A stretch of 20,130 bases of DNA, taken from contig CAVUZH010000017.1 of the NCBI GenBank assembly GCA_963745835.1, positions 1 through 20,130 on the forward strand, read 5' to 3'. This DNA is from an uncultured delta proteobacterium. GTDB taxonomy: Bacteria > Desulfobacterota > Binatia > UBA9968. The position numbers and the translations under genes are program-made. Below the pieces are notes generated by a model. The model was not told the DNA's origin and did no database searches. It saw only the letters and a program-made list of their open reading frames with translations. Positions 1 to 8,977 of the stretch are shown here, one piece after another (positions within the stretch are counted from its first letter, which is position 1; every line of letters starts with the position of its first letter).

Positions 1-109
1 AACGCCTAACCGCTGTAGTGTCTGGCACTCAATTAAATGACCTGCTCAAACCCCGCTCATAAACCTGCCTTCCAATCCCGGCTATGAAACGTTCGCGGTG
101 GGAAGTGCG

Positions 110-1006
110 CTACACTGAGTGGCCATGTTTTAGTTGCAGTGATTTGCGCTTTCTCAGTAGCTCGACGAAGTCTTTGGCTATCGGGCTAAGCGGCTTTCGT
201 TCGTCAAAGACAATAAACGACTGGAGGGCTATTTTCTTTAATTCAGCTACGTCCAATTTGATGAGCACTCCGCTCTCAAGACCACTTCTGACTGAATCGC
301 CATGTAAAATCCCAATCCCCACGCCCTTCTGTACGGCAGCTTGCACCGCCCCCGAGTTCTTGCACGATACGGCAACTGTCGGTTTGTAACCGAGGCCTAA
401 CAGCTCTTTCAAGATCTTGCTCTCTTTTCTGATCACGAGCGGAACTCGAGCAAGATCCGCCAAAGTCATCCTTTTTCCGCGAAGCGGACTTGAAGCGGGT
501 GCAAACGCGATTACCTCCAGCCTTTGATAAGGTTCAACCGATAGATCCGCCTTGTACGAAGGGTGCGTGATTAGCCCTACATCGACAGATGCGGCGAAAA
601 TCTGCTGCTCAATCATTCGGCTGTCATCCGTTTCGAGCGTGAACTGAGTGCCCGGATGAGTTTGTTCAAACTCCATGATCGCTTCTGGAAGAACGGTGAT
701 ACAGAGATCATGTGTTCCCCCGATCTTCAGAGAGCCTGGCACCGTATCGGTCCGAGCCTCGAGCTGTTTCTCGAGCTTGGCAACCTCCTCCAAAACCGGC
801 TTGACAGCAGCGAGAAAAGCCGCGCCGCTTTCCGTCAACGCAATCCCCTGTCCGGTTTTCCGATAGAATTGTCTTCCATATCGTTGCTCCAGAAGCTTCA
901 GCTGGTGTGTTACCGCCGGCTGACTCATATGGAGCTCACTGGCGGCATTGGTAATGTTCAAATGCCTCGCTACTGAATCAAAAATCCTGAGCTGGTGAAG
1001 GGTCAT
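110..1006 (-). CDS. LysR-family transcriptional regulator
   Basis: 298 aa. N-terminal LysR HTH (MTLHQLRIFDSVARHLNITNAASELHMSQPAVTHQLKLLE), then GIALTESG linker and a substrate-binding domain (GSLKIGG...AVQKGVGIGIL). Divergent from the adjacent operon. Confidence 0.96.
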   Translation of the reverse strand: MTLHQLRIFDSVARHLNITNAASELHMSQPAVTHQLKLLEQRYGRQFYRKTGQGIALTESGAAFLAAVKPVLEEVAKLEKQLEARTDTVPGSLKIGGTHDLCITVLPEAIMEFEQTHPGTQFTLETDDSRMIEQQIFAASVDVGLITHPSYKADLSVEPYQRLEVIAFAPASSPLRGKRMTLADLARVPLVIRKESKILKELLGLGYKPTVAVSCKNSGAVQAAVQKGVGIGILHGDSVRSGLESGVLIKLDVAELKKIALQSFIVFDERKPLSPIAKDFVELLRKRKSLQLKHGHSV

Positions 1007-1060
1007 GACAATCTTGCGATCGAATCAGATTCCCGCTGCAAACGTCGTCCTTTTAGGCAC

Positions 1061-1108
1061 CGTCATATATTAAGTCAATGATCATTATTCTAAATATGCA
1101 TTAGACAG
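1061..1108 (+). promoter_or_regulatory. 48-bp repeated LysR-type operator/promoter element, copy 1
   Basis: CGTCATATATTAAGTCAATGATCATTATTCTAAATATGCATTAGACAG. Contains the dyad TCAT-N11-ATGA (T-N11-A LysR box, 1063-1081) and ends in a -35-like TAGACA. Lies between the LysR gene and the divergent operon and recurs three more times in the window. Confidence 0.8.
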
Positions 1109-1171
1109 CTTCTTACAATGTCGATAACAGTTGAGCAATCGCCGTCTGAACCAACTGTATCGGAGAACAGA

Positions 1172-2206
1172 TTGAGTATTCTAAACTCGAGAACATATCG
1201 TGAAATCGCGAGTGCATTCCGACGATCAATATTCTTAGGTGTAATCGCGATTGTTTTCTTAACGCCCAATGCTTTCGCGGCCGACAAGCTTTACGCCATC
1301 TACACAGCCCATTCTCTTTCCCATGTTTATCCATGGATTGCTCAAGAGAGTGGGATTTTTAAAAAATACGAGCTGGAGGTACCGCTCGTGTTTGTGCCCG
1401 CAGGGACTCCCGCTGTGGCAACAATTCTGACGGGTGACAGTGAGGTGACTCAGCAAGGAGCTGGCGGTCTGGTTCGTGCTTTCGTTTTGGGCAACAAAGA
1501 TCTCGTGTTTATCGGTGGGGTCAAGAATATTCTAACCCACAGTATCGTCGGGAAGCCGGAGGTTAAAACTCCCGAACAGCTGCGCGGCAAGAAAATCGGC
1601 GTCGGCCGGTACGGAAGCACGACTCATTATTTTGCGATGCAGGTGCTTCGCCGTTTTGGCCTGGATGCTGGCGAGGTGAGCTTCATTCAAACAGGCGGTG
1701 GACCGGATACTTTCGCCGCGCTGGTCGGACAGGTCGTCGACGCAGCGGCTTTGGCCGCGCCGTCGGATACACGTGCGCTAGACTTGGGCTATCAATACAT
1801 TATCTACGGTCCGGATCTCCGTATCCCGTATGCGGCAACCGCTTTCAATACACGCAGATCCATCATGGCAAAGCGCCCACAGGTTCTCGGCCGTTTCATG
1901 AGGGCGATGGCGGAATCCGCAAAGATTGCGCACACGGAACGGGACTATACCGCCAAAGTGCTTGGCAAATATTTAAGAATTCAGGACCGAAAAATTCTCG
2001 AAACTAGTTACGATGCTGAAATCAAATCATTGGAACCGCGACTGGCGATGCGACTGGAAGGACTCACGGCAAATCTCGACGAAATCGCCCCGACGGACTC
2101 GCGCGCAAAGAGCGTGAAATCGGAGGACATGGTCGATACACGATATCTCGACGAGATGACCAAGACGGGCTTTTTCGATCAAGTCTGGGGCAGCAGCAGA
2201 CGGTAG
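1172..2206 (+). CDS. ABC transporter substrate-binding protein, NitT/TauT (SsuA/NMT1-like) family
   Basis: Signal peptide ending AFA-ADK; motifs LRGKKIGVGRYGSTT and FMRAMAES; C-terminal DTRYLDEM. The ORF track starts at 1118, which overlaps the putative promoter. The in-frame TTG at 1172 follows GGAGA and is the likelier start. Confidence 0.9.
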   Translation: MSILNSRTYREIASAFRRSIFLGVIAIVFLTPNAFAADKLYAIYTAHSLSHVYPWIAQESGIFKKYELEVPLVFVPAGTPAVATILTGDSEVTQQGAGGLVRAFVLGNKDLVFIGGVKNILTHSIVGKPEVKTPEQLRGKKIGVGRYGSTTHYFAMQVLRRFGLDAGEVSFIQTGGGPDTFAALVGQVVDAAALAAPSDTRALDLGYQYIIYGPDLRIPYAATAFNTRRSIMAKRPQVLGRFMRAMAESAKIAHTERDYTAKVLGKYLRIQDRKILETSYDAEIKSLEPRLAMRLEGLTANLDEIAPTDSRAKSVKSEDMVDTRYLDEMTKTGFFDQVWGSSRR

Positions 2207-2314
2207 AAGCTGCCGGGCTAATTACACCTAAGGCATCTCTTAAGCATCATTGCGGTGAATCAGCGGATATTTAATTCCAAGACGCATATCTTGAACTTAT
2301 AAGCGAGGTGTCAC

Positions 2315-2938
2315 ATGAGCATCATGAACAGTACAACGAACTTGGTTACCATATTAAGTCCCAAGGTCCGACGTGTTCAGAAGGCGCAGACAAGCACATC
2401 AAAGCAAAGTCTGACGCTTAGCCCCGTTCCGCCGGATTTAAATGGAAAAACCATCGGGTTTCTCGACAACGGTAAGAAGAATTTCGATGTTTACCTCGAC
2501 CGCACCGACGAGCTGCTCCGTAGACATTACACCTTTACGACTCTACGCCGCCGCAAGGCCGTGCCCATAAAGGGTGTTACGTCGGACTTGTTTCAGGAGA
2601 TGATCACAGGCTGCGATGTTGTAATCACCGGCAGCGGAGATTGAGGCTCCTGCTCGTCGTGGAGTCTTCACGACATCGTCCAGTTCGAAAAGCACGGCAT
2701 TCCTGCAGTGGTCATTTGCACGCATGTTTTTGAGTCTACTGCCAAATTTCAAGCTAAGGCGCTTGGTTTGCCTGATGCACGAATCGTTGTGGTACCCCAT
2801 CCGTTTAGCGGAGTCGATGCCGCAGAGGCGGCAAAAAAAGCGGATCAGGCTTTTCCTGCCCTGCTCGCGCTCCTCTCGCGACCTAATGGCAAGTCTGCTT
2901 ATTACCGTAAGGTAAATCGCCGGAGAAACCAGCCATGA
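2315..2938 (+). CDS. UGSC-family selenoprotein, copy 1 (207 aa, Sec at codon 110, TGA 2642-2644)
   Basis: ORFs 2315..2644 and 2708..2938 share one frame, separated only by a TGA. Read-through gives DVVITGSGD-U-GSCSSWSLHDIVQFEKHGIPAVVICT...VPHPF. RBS GAGGTG upstream, SECIS-like hairpin downstream, same arrangement in the paralog at 15124, and the stop overlaps the next start (ATGA 2935-2938). Confidence 0.9.
2656..2674 (+). promoter_or_regulatory. Putative bacterial SECIS hairpin, copy 1
   Basis: GTCGTGGA-GTC-TTCACGAC: 8-bp stem (one G-U pair) with a G-containing apical loop, starting 11 nt after the in-frame TGA. Confidence 0.75.
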
Positions 2939-4011
2939 AAGTTGCTCTTCAAGCCGAAAGAATCGATTTGCCGGATTCGCTCGAAGAGATCAATCGTTAT
3001 CTTTACGCCAATGGTATGACGGACGGTCTTCCGATCGTACCTCCTACTGAAGACCGGGTTTCACGGATGCTGGAAGGAACCAGCCTCGAACCTTATTTCG
3101 AGGTGGCCTCGCTGCCCCCGGAGTGGGCGCCGGCGACGGTCGAAGCGATCGCAATCAATGCCGTGATGGCCGGCTGCCTGCCTGAGCATATGCCGGTGCT
3201 GATCACTCTTGTGAAAGCCATGGCCCAGCCGGAGTTCTCGCTTCTTGGTGTCCTCGCTACGACCGGGGGCTATGCCGTTTCGGTGATGCTCAATGGGCCG
3301 ATCAGACACGAGCTGGACATTAACTGCACCAACAATCTGTTTGGCCCCGGCAAGCTCGCCAACGCCACCATCGGGCGTGCTCTACGTCTCTTTCAACTCA
3401 ACATCGGCGGTGTCATTCCGGGTGTAACCGACAAGTCATGCCAGGGCTGGCCCGGCAAATACACAATTTGCTGGGGTGAAAATGAAGAAGCCTCGCCGTG
3501 GACTGCTTACCATGTAGAGAAAGGTTTTTCTCCAATGGATAACACGGTAACGATCTTCGCGGCAGATTCTTTTTGTAAGATTAGAGCTGGTGGCACGGTT
3601 GGGCGTGGCGCTCTGCAGTCGCTCGCCTATGGGACGCGTCCGGTCGGCGCGGTGTTAAATGGTTGGGGAAACGGCGCCAAACCGTTCATAGCTCTCGGAC
3701 CCGAGACAGCTAGTCAGATTGCTAGAGACAATATTTCAAAAGCGGAAGTGCGCGAGTATTTTTTCGAGCACGCACGCTCGTCGTTCGATGAGCTTTATCA
3801 GCCAGAGAGCGGCGAAAAGATCAGCTTCGAGGAGATGCAAAAGCGCTGTACGAATCTTTGGCCGGACGGAACGGTGAGCATCGCCGATCAGCCGGACGAC
3901 ATCAGCGTTGTTGTCGCGGGCGGACCGGGCCGACAATCCGTCTGGTTCCCAGCCAACGCTCGTTCCATGCCAGTCACCATGCTGATCGATCCGCTTCTGA
4001 AACGAACTTGA
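2935..4011 (+). CDS. Uncharacterised UGSC-associated protein (TDGLP...NAVMAGC family), copy 1
   Basis: 358 aa. Motifs TDGLPIVPPTE, IAINAVMAGC-PE, NGP, ANATIGR, GWPGKY, GENEE-SPW-HVE-GF and VVVAGG are shared with the paralog at 15726. Translationally coupled to the selenoprotein gene. Confidence 0.88.
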   Translation: MKVALQAERIDLPDSLEEINRYLYANGMTDGLPIVPPTEDRVSRMLEGTSLEPYFEVASLPPEWAPATVEAIAINAVMAGCLPEHMPVLITLVKAMAQPEFSLLGVLATTGGYAVSVMLNGPIRHELDINCTNNLFGPGKLANATIGRALRLFQLNIGGVIPGVTDKSCQGWPGKYTICWGENEEASPWTAYHVEKGFSPMDNTVTIFAADSFCKIRAGGTVGRGALQSLAYGTRPVGAVLNGWGNGAKPFIALGPETASQIARDNISKAEVREYFFEHARSSFDELYQPESGEKISFEEMQKRCTNLWPDGTVSIADQPDDISVVVAGGPGRQSVWFPANARSMPVTMLIDPLLKRT

Positions 4012-4041
4012 AAATGACCAACACCTTAAGGAGAGCGCGAC

Positions 4042-5052
4042 ATGCCATACGATAGAATATTCGCAGCCTCGTTTTCTTTAGCGATCTTTTTCATCTGGAC
4101 TCATTGCACTCGCGCTGCCGAGCCGATGGAAGAAGCCAGGAAGGAAGGTGAGGTCGTTTTCTACGGCAATGTGCGCCAAGAGCATATCACTAAGCTCAAT
4201 GAATCCTTCCAAAAAAAATATCCTTTTATCAAAGTTCAGTATCTCCGCGCAGGTCCTCTGGCGGTTATGAACCGAGTCATGACAGAAGCACGAGTTGGCA
4301 GCCGGCTTGTCGATGTTATCAATCTCGATGTCTTCAACTCCTGGGTATTAAAGGAAGCCGGACTGCTGCAGCCTTATAAATCCAGAGAGACCGAAGCTTT
4401 TCCGGAACAATACCGCGATCCCTCAGGGCTCGTGCCTTGCTGCATGTACGTCTCAAGCAACGTCATCGGCTATAACACCAAACTTGTTGCTCCACACGAA
4501 ATACCTAAAACGTATAACGATCTGCTCGATCAAAAATGGAAGGGAAAGATCGGTCTTAAAAGCGACGACTCGAAATGGTTTGCACCGCTTGTTTGGATTT
4601 GGGGCAGGGACAGAGCCGTCAACTACTTTCGCGGTCTCATCAAACAACAACCCGTGCTCCGCGAGGGAATTTCGATTAATGGCCAGCTGTTGGCGGCTGG
4701 TGAAGTAAGTGTATTTGTAAATATCGCCGGCGATGTCGTCCTGAATCTGCAATCGGTTGGCGCTCCCGTGGAGATAGTCCAAGCAGCGCCTTCGATCTTC
4801 CGCCCTGGGAATTTACTCTTAGCCAAGAACGCCCCTCATCCCAATGCCGCAAGATTGTTCATGGACTACGTTCATTCAGCCGAAGGTCAACAGGTCTTAG
4901 CGGATTTGGGCCGAGAGGTGGCAAGACCGGGCATCAAGATGAAATACCCGCGGCTCCAACAAACGAGCAACCTCGTCCCAGTCAAGCCTGAAATGGCGAA
5001 AAACTATGATGAGCTACTTAAGCTATACGAGTCGATTCTTAAGAACGGGTAG
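4042..5052 (+). CDS. ABC transporter substrate-binding protein, Fe3+/thiamine/polyamine-like (FbpA/AfuA-type)
   Basis: RBS AAGGAG; signal peptide; motifs EARKEGEVVFY, YNTKLV...PKTYNDLLDQKWKGKI and APHPNAARLFMDYVHSAEGQ. Ligand not determinable. Confidence 0.9.
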   Translation: MPYDRIFAASFSLAIFFIWTHCTRAAEPMEEARKEGEVVFYGNVRQEHITKLNESFQKKYPFIKVQYLRAGPLAVMNRVMTEARVGSRLVDVINLDVFNSWVLKEAGLLQPYKSRETEAFPEQYRDPSGLVPCCMYVSSNVIGYNTKLVAPHEIPKTYNDLLDQKWKGKIGLKSDDSKWFAPLVWIWGRDRAVNYFRGLIKQQPVLREGISINGQLLAAGEVSVFVNIAGDVVLNLQSVGAPVEIVQAAPSIFRPGNLLLAKNAPHPNAARLFMDYVHSAEGQQVLADLGREVARPGIKMKYPRLQQTSNLVPVKPEMAKNYDELLKLYESILKNG

Positions 5053-5070
5053 GAGAGTGAATTCATTGCC

Positions 5071-6051
5071 ATGATGGGAATAATCACAGTCGTCTTAATG
5101 CTCGTCTGCTTGCTGATGCAACCAGCCTTGGCTGCCGACAAGATTCGGATCGGATACTCCGGCTTAAGCCCGGCCACCGGGATGCTATGGGTTACTCAGG
5201 AGGCTAAGCTCTTCGAAAAGAATGGTCTTGCTCCCGAAGTGCTGTTCCTGCGTAACAACCTGGGCCAGGCGGCATTGATCGCGGGGGAAATCGAAATGTG
5301 CGGTTATTCCGCAAGCCTGTTGGCGCCCGCGCGTGTGCAAGGAGCCGATCCGTTGATGATCGTGAGCTTTCAGAAAAAGCTAAACTATCGTCTGGTGGTT
5401 CGGCCGGAGATTCGGACCTTGGAGGATCTCAAAGGCAAGGTTCTCGGGGTTACCCGTTATGGCACGGTGAACGATTGGACGATGCGACTGCTGCTCAACA
5501 AGCTGGGAATTAACCCCGAACGGGATGTCAGGTTGATTCAGGTAGGGGATTCGGCTCCCGCCGTCGCGACGTCGCTCATTGCCGGCAAAACGTTTGACGG
5601 CGCCCTGCTTCAGCCGCCTTTTTACAATAAGGCCGTGGAAACCGGTATGCGGGTCTTTGCCAATATGGAAGAGATGGACATTGCATTTCAGCAGACAGGG
5701 CTCAACACCACGCAGAGGTATATCACCAAAAATCCCGATATAGTACGCCGCGTCGTGAAGTCGGTCGTAGAGGGCGTGCATTTGATCCATACTAATCCAG
5801 CGCTGGCGAAGCGCGCGATCAGCCGTTACATGCAGATCAAAGATGAGAAGGCGGTCGAGGAGTCCTATCAGCAGCTGAAATCGACTTCTGAAATTAAACC
5901 TTATCCTTCGGCGGAGGGCTTCAAAACGATATTGGATGACTTGGCTAAAAAACTCCCGGCCGCGCGCACGGCAAACCCTCGGGACTTCATGGATGCGCGG
6001 TTTATTCAGGAACTGGACAAATCGGGATACATCGACGGCTTGTACAGGTGA
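5071..6051 (+). CDS. ABC transporter substrate-binding protein, NitT/TauT family
   Basis: Signal peptide ending ALA-ADKIRIGYSG; LKGKVLGVTRYGT; C-terminal FIQELDKSGYIDGLYR. Close paralog of the gene at 18072. Confidence 0.92.
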   Translation: MMGIITVVLMLVCLLMQPALAADKIRIGYSGLSPATGMLWVTQEAKLFEKNGLAPEVLFLRNNLGQAALIAGEIEMCGYSASLLAPARVQGADPLMIVSFQKKLNYRLVVRPEIRTLEDLKGKVLGVTRYGTVNDWTMRLLLNKLGINPERDVRLIQVGDSAPAVATSLIAGKTFDGALLQPPFYNKAVETGMRVFANMEEMDIAFQQTGLNTTQRYITKNPDIVRRVVKSVVEGVHLIHTNPALAKRAISRYMQIKDEKAVEESYQQLKSTSEIKPYPSAEGFKTILDDLAKKLPAARTANPRDFMDARFIQELDKSGYIDGLYR

Positions 6052-6075
6052 TTTCGATGAATTGAAGGAGCAGAA

Positions 6076-7161
6076 ATGCTGAGGAAACAATCTTGGAAAA
6101 TAACGGTTCTGGTCGTTTCTATTTTCTCCTTGTTCGGCTCCCATTCCGGACTGGTGCTCGCGCAGAGCCGCAGCGAGACGCTGCAAGCGATCTCTAAATT
6201 AAAGGGAAACGAAAGAGAAACAAAGCTTCGGGAAGGTGCCCGCAAAGAGGGAAATCTGATCTGGTATTCGAGCACCACCGCGGAAGATTCATTGGCACTG
6301 AATCGCAAATTCCAGGAGATCTATCCGTTCGTGAAGGTGCAGCATCTCCGCGCGCCGAGTGAGAAGATGATCGAAAGGATCCTGCTTGAGTCGCGGGCAG
6401 GCAGCTTCAAAGCCGATCTTGTTGCTCTGCCGGAGATCGAGCTGACGGTTTTGACCCAAAGAAAATTACTGTTGAAACATGCCGGTTTAGAGCACGAGGC
6501 GTTTCCCGCCGATGTCAAAGACCCGATGGGTTACTGGACGGGAATCTATGTGACTGCCTGGGTACTCGCCTATAATACCAATCTGCTGACAGCCCAGGCC
6601 GCGCCGAAAACCTATGCCGATCTGCTTAATCCCAAGTGGAAAAAACTGATGGGAATGGACACTGAACCTTACTCCTGGTTCATCACTTCCTTCCGCTATC
6701 TGGAAAGCCGGCAAGGCACGGCTGGAGCAACGGAATATTTCAAACGGTTGGCGTCTCAAGAGCTCGAATGGCGCAAAGGCCACAGCCTGATCGGTCAACT
6801 CATCGCGGCAGGGGAGTTCCCCATCGGCGTGGAGATGCAGGCCGGCTCGGTGGAGCGACTCAAGGCGCAGGGCGCTCCCGTCGATTGGGTGGCATTGGAT
6901 GGAGTCATGCCGATTAACAACGTTGGCATCAGCGTTACAACGGCGGGAGCCAATACACATGCTGCTTTGCTATATTATGATTTTCTTCTCTCCCGCACGG
7001 GCATGGAGATTATGAAATCCCGTAATAGAATTCCCACCCGTCCCGACGTTACAGTTCCCTATCTGAAGCCCTACAAGCTGCTGCCTTTCGATGCCCAGGT
7101 GGTGGATCACTTCGATCGTTACATCACCCAATTCAAAGACCTACTCAAACCCCGATCATGA
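6076..7161 (+). CDS. ABC transporter substrate-binding protein, Fe3+/thiamine/polyamine-like
   Basis: RBS AAGGAG; signal peptide; motifs GARKEGNLIWYS, YNTNLL...PKTYADLLNPKWK and AALLYYDFLLS. Paralog of the gene at 4042. Confidence 0.9.
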   Translation: MLRKQSWKITVLVVSIFSLFGSHSGLVLAQSRSETLQAISKLKGNERETKLREGARKEGNLIWYSSTTAEDSLALNRKFQEIYPFVKVQHLRAPSEKMIERILLESRAGSFKADLVALPEIELTVLTQRKLLLKHAGLEHEAFPADVKDPMGYWTGIYVTAWVLAYNTNLLTAQAAPKTYADLLNPKWKKLMGMDTEPYSWFITSFRYLESRQGTAGATEYFKRLASQELEWRKGHSLIGQLIAAGEFPIGVEMQAGSVERLKAQGAPVDWVALDGVMPINNVGISVTTAGANTHAALLYYDFLLSRTGMEIMKSRNRIPTRPDVTVPYLKPYKLLPFDAQVVDHFDRYITQFKDLLKPRS

Positions 7162-7439
7162 ACCGTCCATCCGCTCCTGGTTGAAGAACCGTTACCTTAC
7201 AACGGGCTCAAAATGCTGATGGTACCTGATCTGGAAATCGGCCGAAAGGTAATGGAGGCTCGCTGCGCAGTCGAGGAGCTGGACGGAATTCTCGAGCCCT
7301 TTCCGAAGCTGCGGCTTTATGCGCCAATGTATCGGTCTCCCTCACTACTTTGCCGATTGCGCAAAAGTCGCGTTTAAAATTCCTATTCCCGTCATCGAAC
7401 TTGCTGCAGGCCGCCATTTGCCGCTCAAGAGCAGCAGGA

Positions 7440-7462
7440 AGTCCGGGCAAAAGCCCCGGACT
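7440..7462 (-). terminator. Possible terminator hairpin between convergent operons
   Basis: AGTCCGGG...CCCGGACT 8-bp inverted repeat about 20 nt downstream of the stop at 7482. No strong U-tract. Confidence 0.4.
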
Positions 7463-7481
7463 GTGCCAAACGGATACTATC

Positions 7482-8915
7482 CTAGTAACGTGCCGCCAGC
7501 CATTCAGCGAAGAAATCATTTTCCCTGCCCTGGGTGTCGCCAAAGTAGGCGTTAGCCTGCGCTGGCGTGAGGGTGGGATCGATCTGGAGAGCGCAGGGAG
7601 CACACGGCCCACCGCCGTGTACGGCGCCTTCATTGAACGCAATCGTCTTGTCTAAGGTGGTAGCAGTATCATAAATGATTTCGTCCGGCCTGATGAAGTA
7701 ATGAGCGGTATGGGCGACAATGACCAGCGGCACTGTAATTCCCTTAACGTTTGTGACTGATGAGGTCGCGGACGAATCGTAATCGATTCCTGTCATGTCG
7801 TCCTTGGTGAGCGTGTACTTCCCAGGCGTACTGCGCAGCGCATGGGCTCCCAGCCAGACACGCACGTTGGCCGCGATCGAGGAATCAACGCAATCCAAGG
7901 CCTGATCCCTCTCCCCGGCAGGGACTCGAACCGACTCGATAATTTGCACGGGTCTTGTGCCGTCACGAGCCAAGAGCGTGTGTGCTCGCTTGGTGTATTT
8001 CAGCAAGCTTATATCGGGCTGCCACAACCTGGCGTTTTGAGAGCCGATGACAGTAAAGGGAATGTCATCTCCCAGTTGGCTCGGATCACGGGTGTCTCTT
8101 ATCTTTTTGCGGAGCAGCCGCAAGGCTTCATTAAGGATATCTTTATTGCGAATGGCTTGGTGAGTGGTGAAGGTCTTGTTGAACTGCTTGCTGTAGGTTG
8201 CGGCGTCCGTGTCCGGGTCGTAACCGTTGGCTTCAGCGAACATATCAAAAGCTGGCTGCCGCGGCTCGCAAGCATTGTTGTGGATTGCTGGGTCGACATT
8301 CACAAATGTCGCCAGCGCGTCTCCCAGGTGAGCATCGCGAAGTATCACGCCGTCCGCCTTGGGCAAGTTGTGCAGGTTCGTATCATCGCAAGGAATGATC
8401 TTCTCCGGTCCCTGGCACACCCCCGGGCCGTTTTCTGCGACATTCTGATAAAACAGCATCAGAGGTGCTCCCATGCTAAAGCCTAACAGCACGACTTCAG
8501 TAACGGGTGGTTGCTCTGGTGTAGCAGCAATGTTTTTGAGGTAATTTATCGAGGATCGAATACCAGGAGCATGCTGCTCATAGCCGTAGTACTCAAGATC
8601 ACGGCCGCTAAACTCACTGTTGGTGCAGAACACCGTGAATCCTCGCTCGGCCAACGGGGCGCAGACGGCATTGTTGATATAGCGCGAATTAGGGTGCATG
8701 ACGAGTATGCCGACATGGGCTCGCCCGAGCACGTTGGCGGTGGGTCGCCGCAATGTCGCCGCCTCTAAGTTGAGATTCGCTGTTGCGCAATTTTGTACAG
8801 TGCTACATATGACACTAGTTGTGATCGGCTGAAGCTGAGCTTCCGATACCGAGATCCATGCAATGCTACAAATTACGATGACTGCAAAACCGAAAGTGAA
8901 TATTCGTTTAAACAT
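7482..8915 (-). CDS. Secreted alpha/beta hydrolase (putative esterase), paralog A
   Basis: Start at 8915 (MFKRIF) after AGGAG; signal peptide; nucleophile elbow LLGFSMG; DAH after strand 6; C-terminal EGAVHGGGPCAPC; ends WLAARY. Confidence 0.8.
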   Translation of the reverse strand: MFKRIFTFGFAVIVICSIAWISVSEAQLQPITTSVICSTVQNCATANLNLEAATLRRPTANVLGRAHVGILVMHPNSRYINNAVCAPLAERGFTVFCTNSEFSGRDLEYYGYEQHAPGIRSSINYLKNIAATPEQPPVTEVVLLGFSMGAPLMLFYQNVAENGPGVCQGPEKIIPCDDTNLHNLPKADGVILRDAHLGDALATFVNVDPAIHNNACEPRQPAFDMFAEANGYDPDTDAATYSKQFNKTFTTHQAIRNKDILNEALRLLRKKIRDTRDPSQLGDDIPFTVIGSQNARLWQPDISLLKYTKRAHTLLARDGTRPVQIIESVRVPAGERDQALDCVDSSIAANVRVWLGAHALRSTPGKYTLTKDDMTGIDYDSSATSSVTNVKGITVPLVIVAHTAHYFIRPDEIIYDTATTLDKTIAFNEGAVHGGGPCAPCALQIDPTLTPAQANAYFGDTQGRENDFFAEWLAARY

Positions 8916-8977
8916 ATTTTCTCCTAAAAGCATTCGCGGCTATTTGGCTACATTTCGAATGAGATTTCCCATCTGGA

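Noticed and set aside
2315-2644. 109-aa ORF and separate 76-aa ORF (2708..2938) as two genes, or a nonsense pseudogene
   Set aside because: Same frame, conserved intervening codons, identical TGA column in the diverged paralog and a co-varying hairpin favour Sec read-through.
2642-2644. Alternative genetic code (UGA = Trp or Gly)
   Set aside because: Other genes here end at TGA at their expected family C-termini (e.g. 6051, 7161), and no other intact gene has an internal TGA.
5380-6186. 268-aa antisense ORF and similar shadow ORFs (7842..8486, 15864..16427, 6487..6960, 18636..19073, 19124..19567)
   Set aside because: They lie opposite well-supported genes and show no recognisable motifs.
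7159-7377. Open frame continuing past the TGA of the SBP at 6076 (possible read-through or a 54-aa ORF from 7213)
   Set aside because: The SBP already ends where its paralog does, there is no redox motif, and only a 4-bp stem follows. It may be a gene remnant, but I recognise no family.
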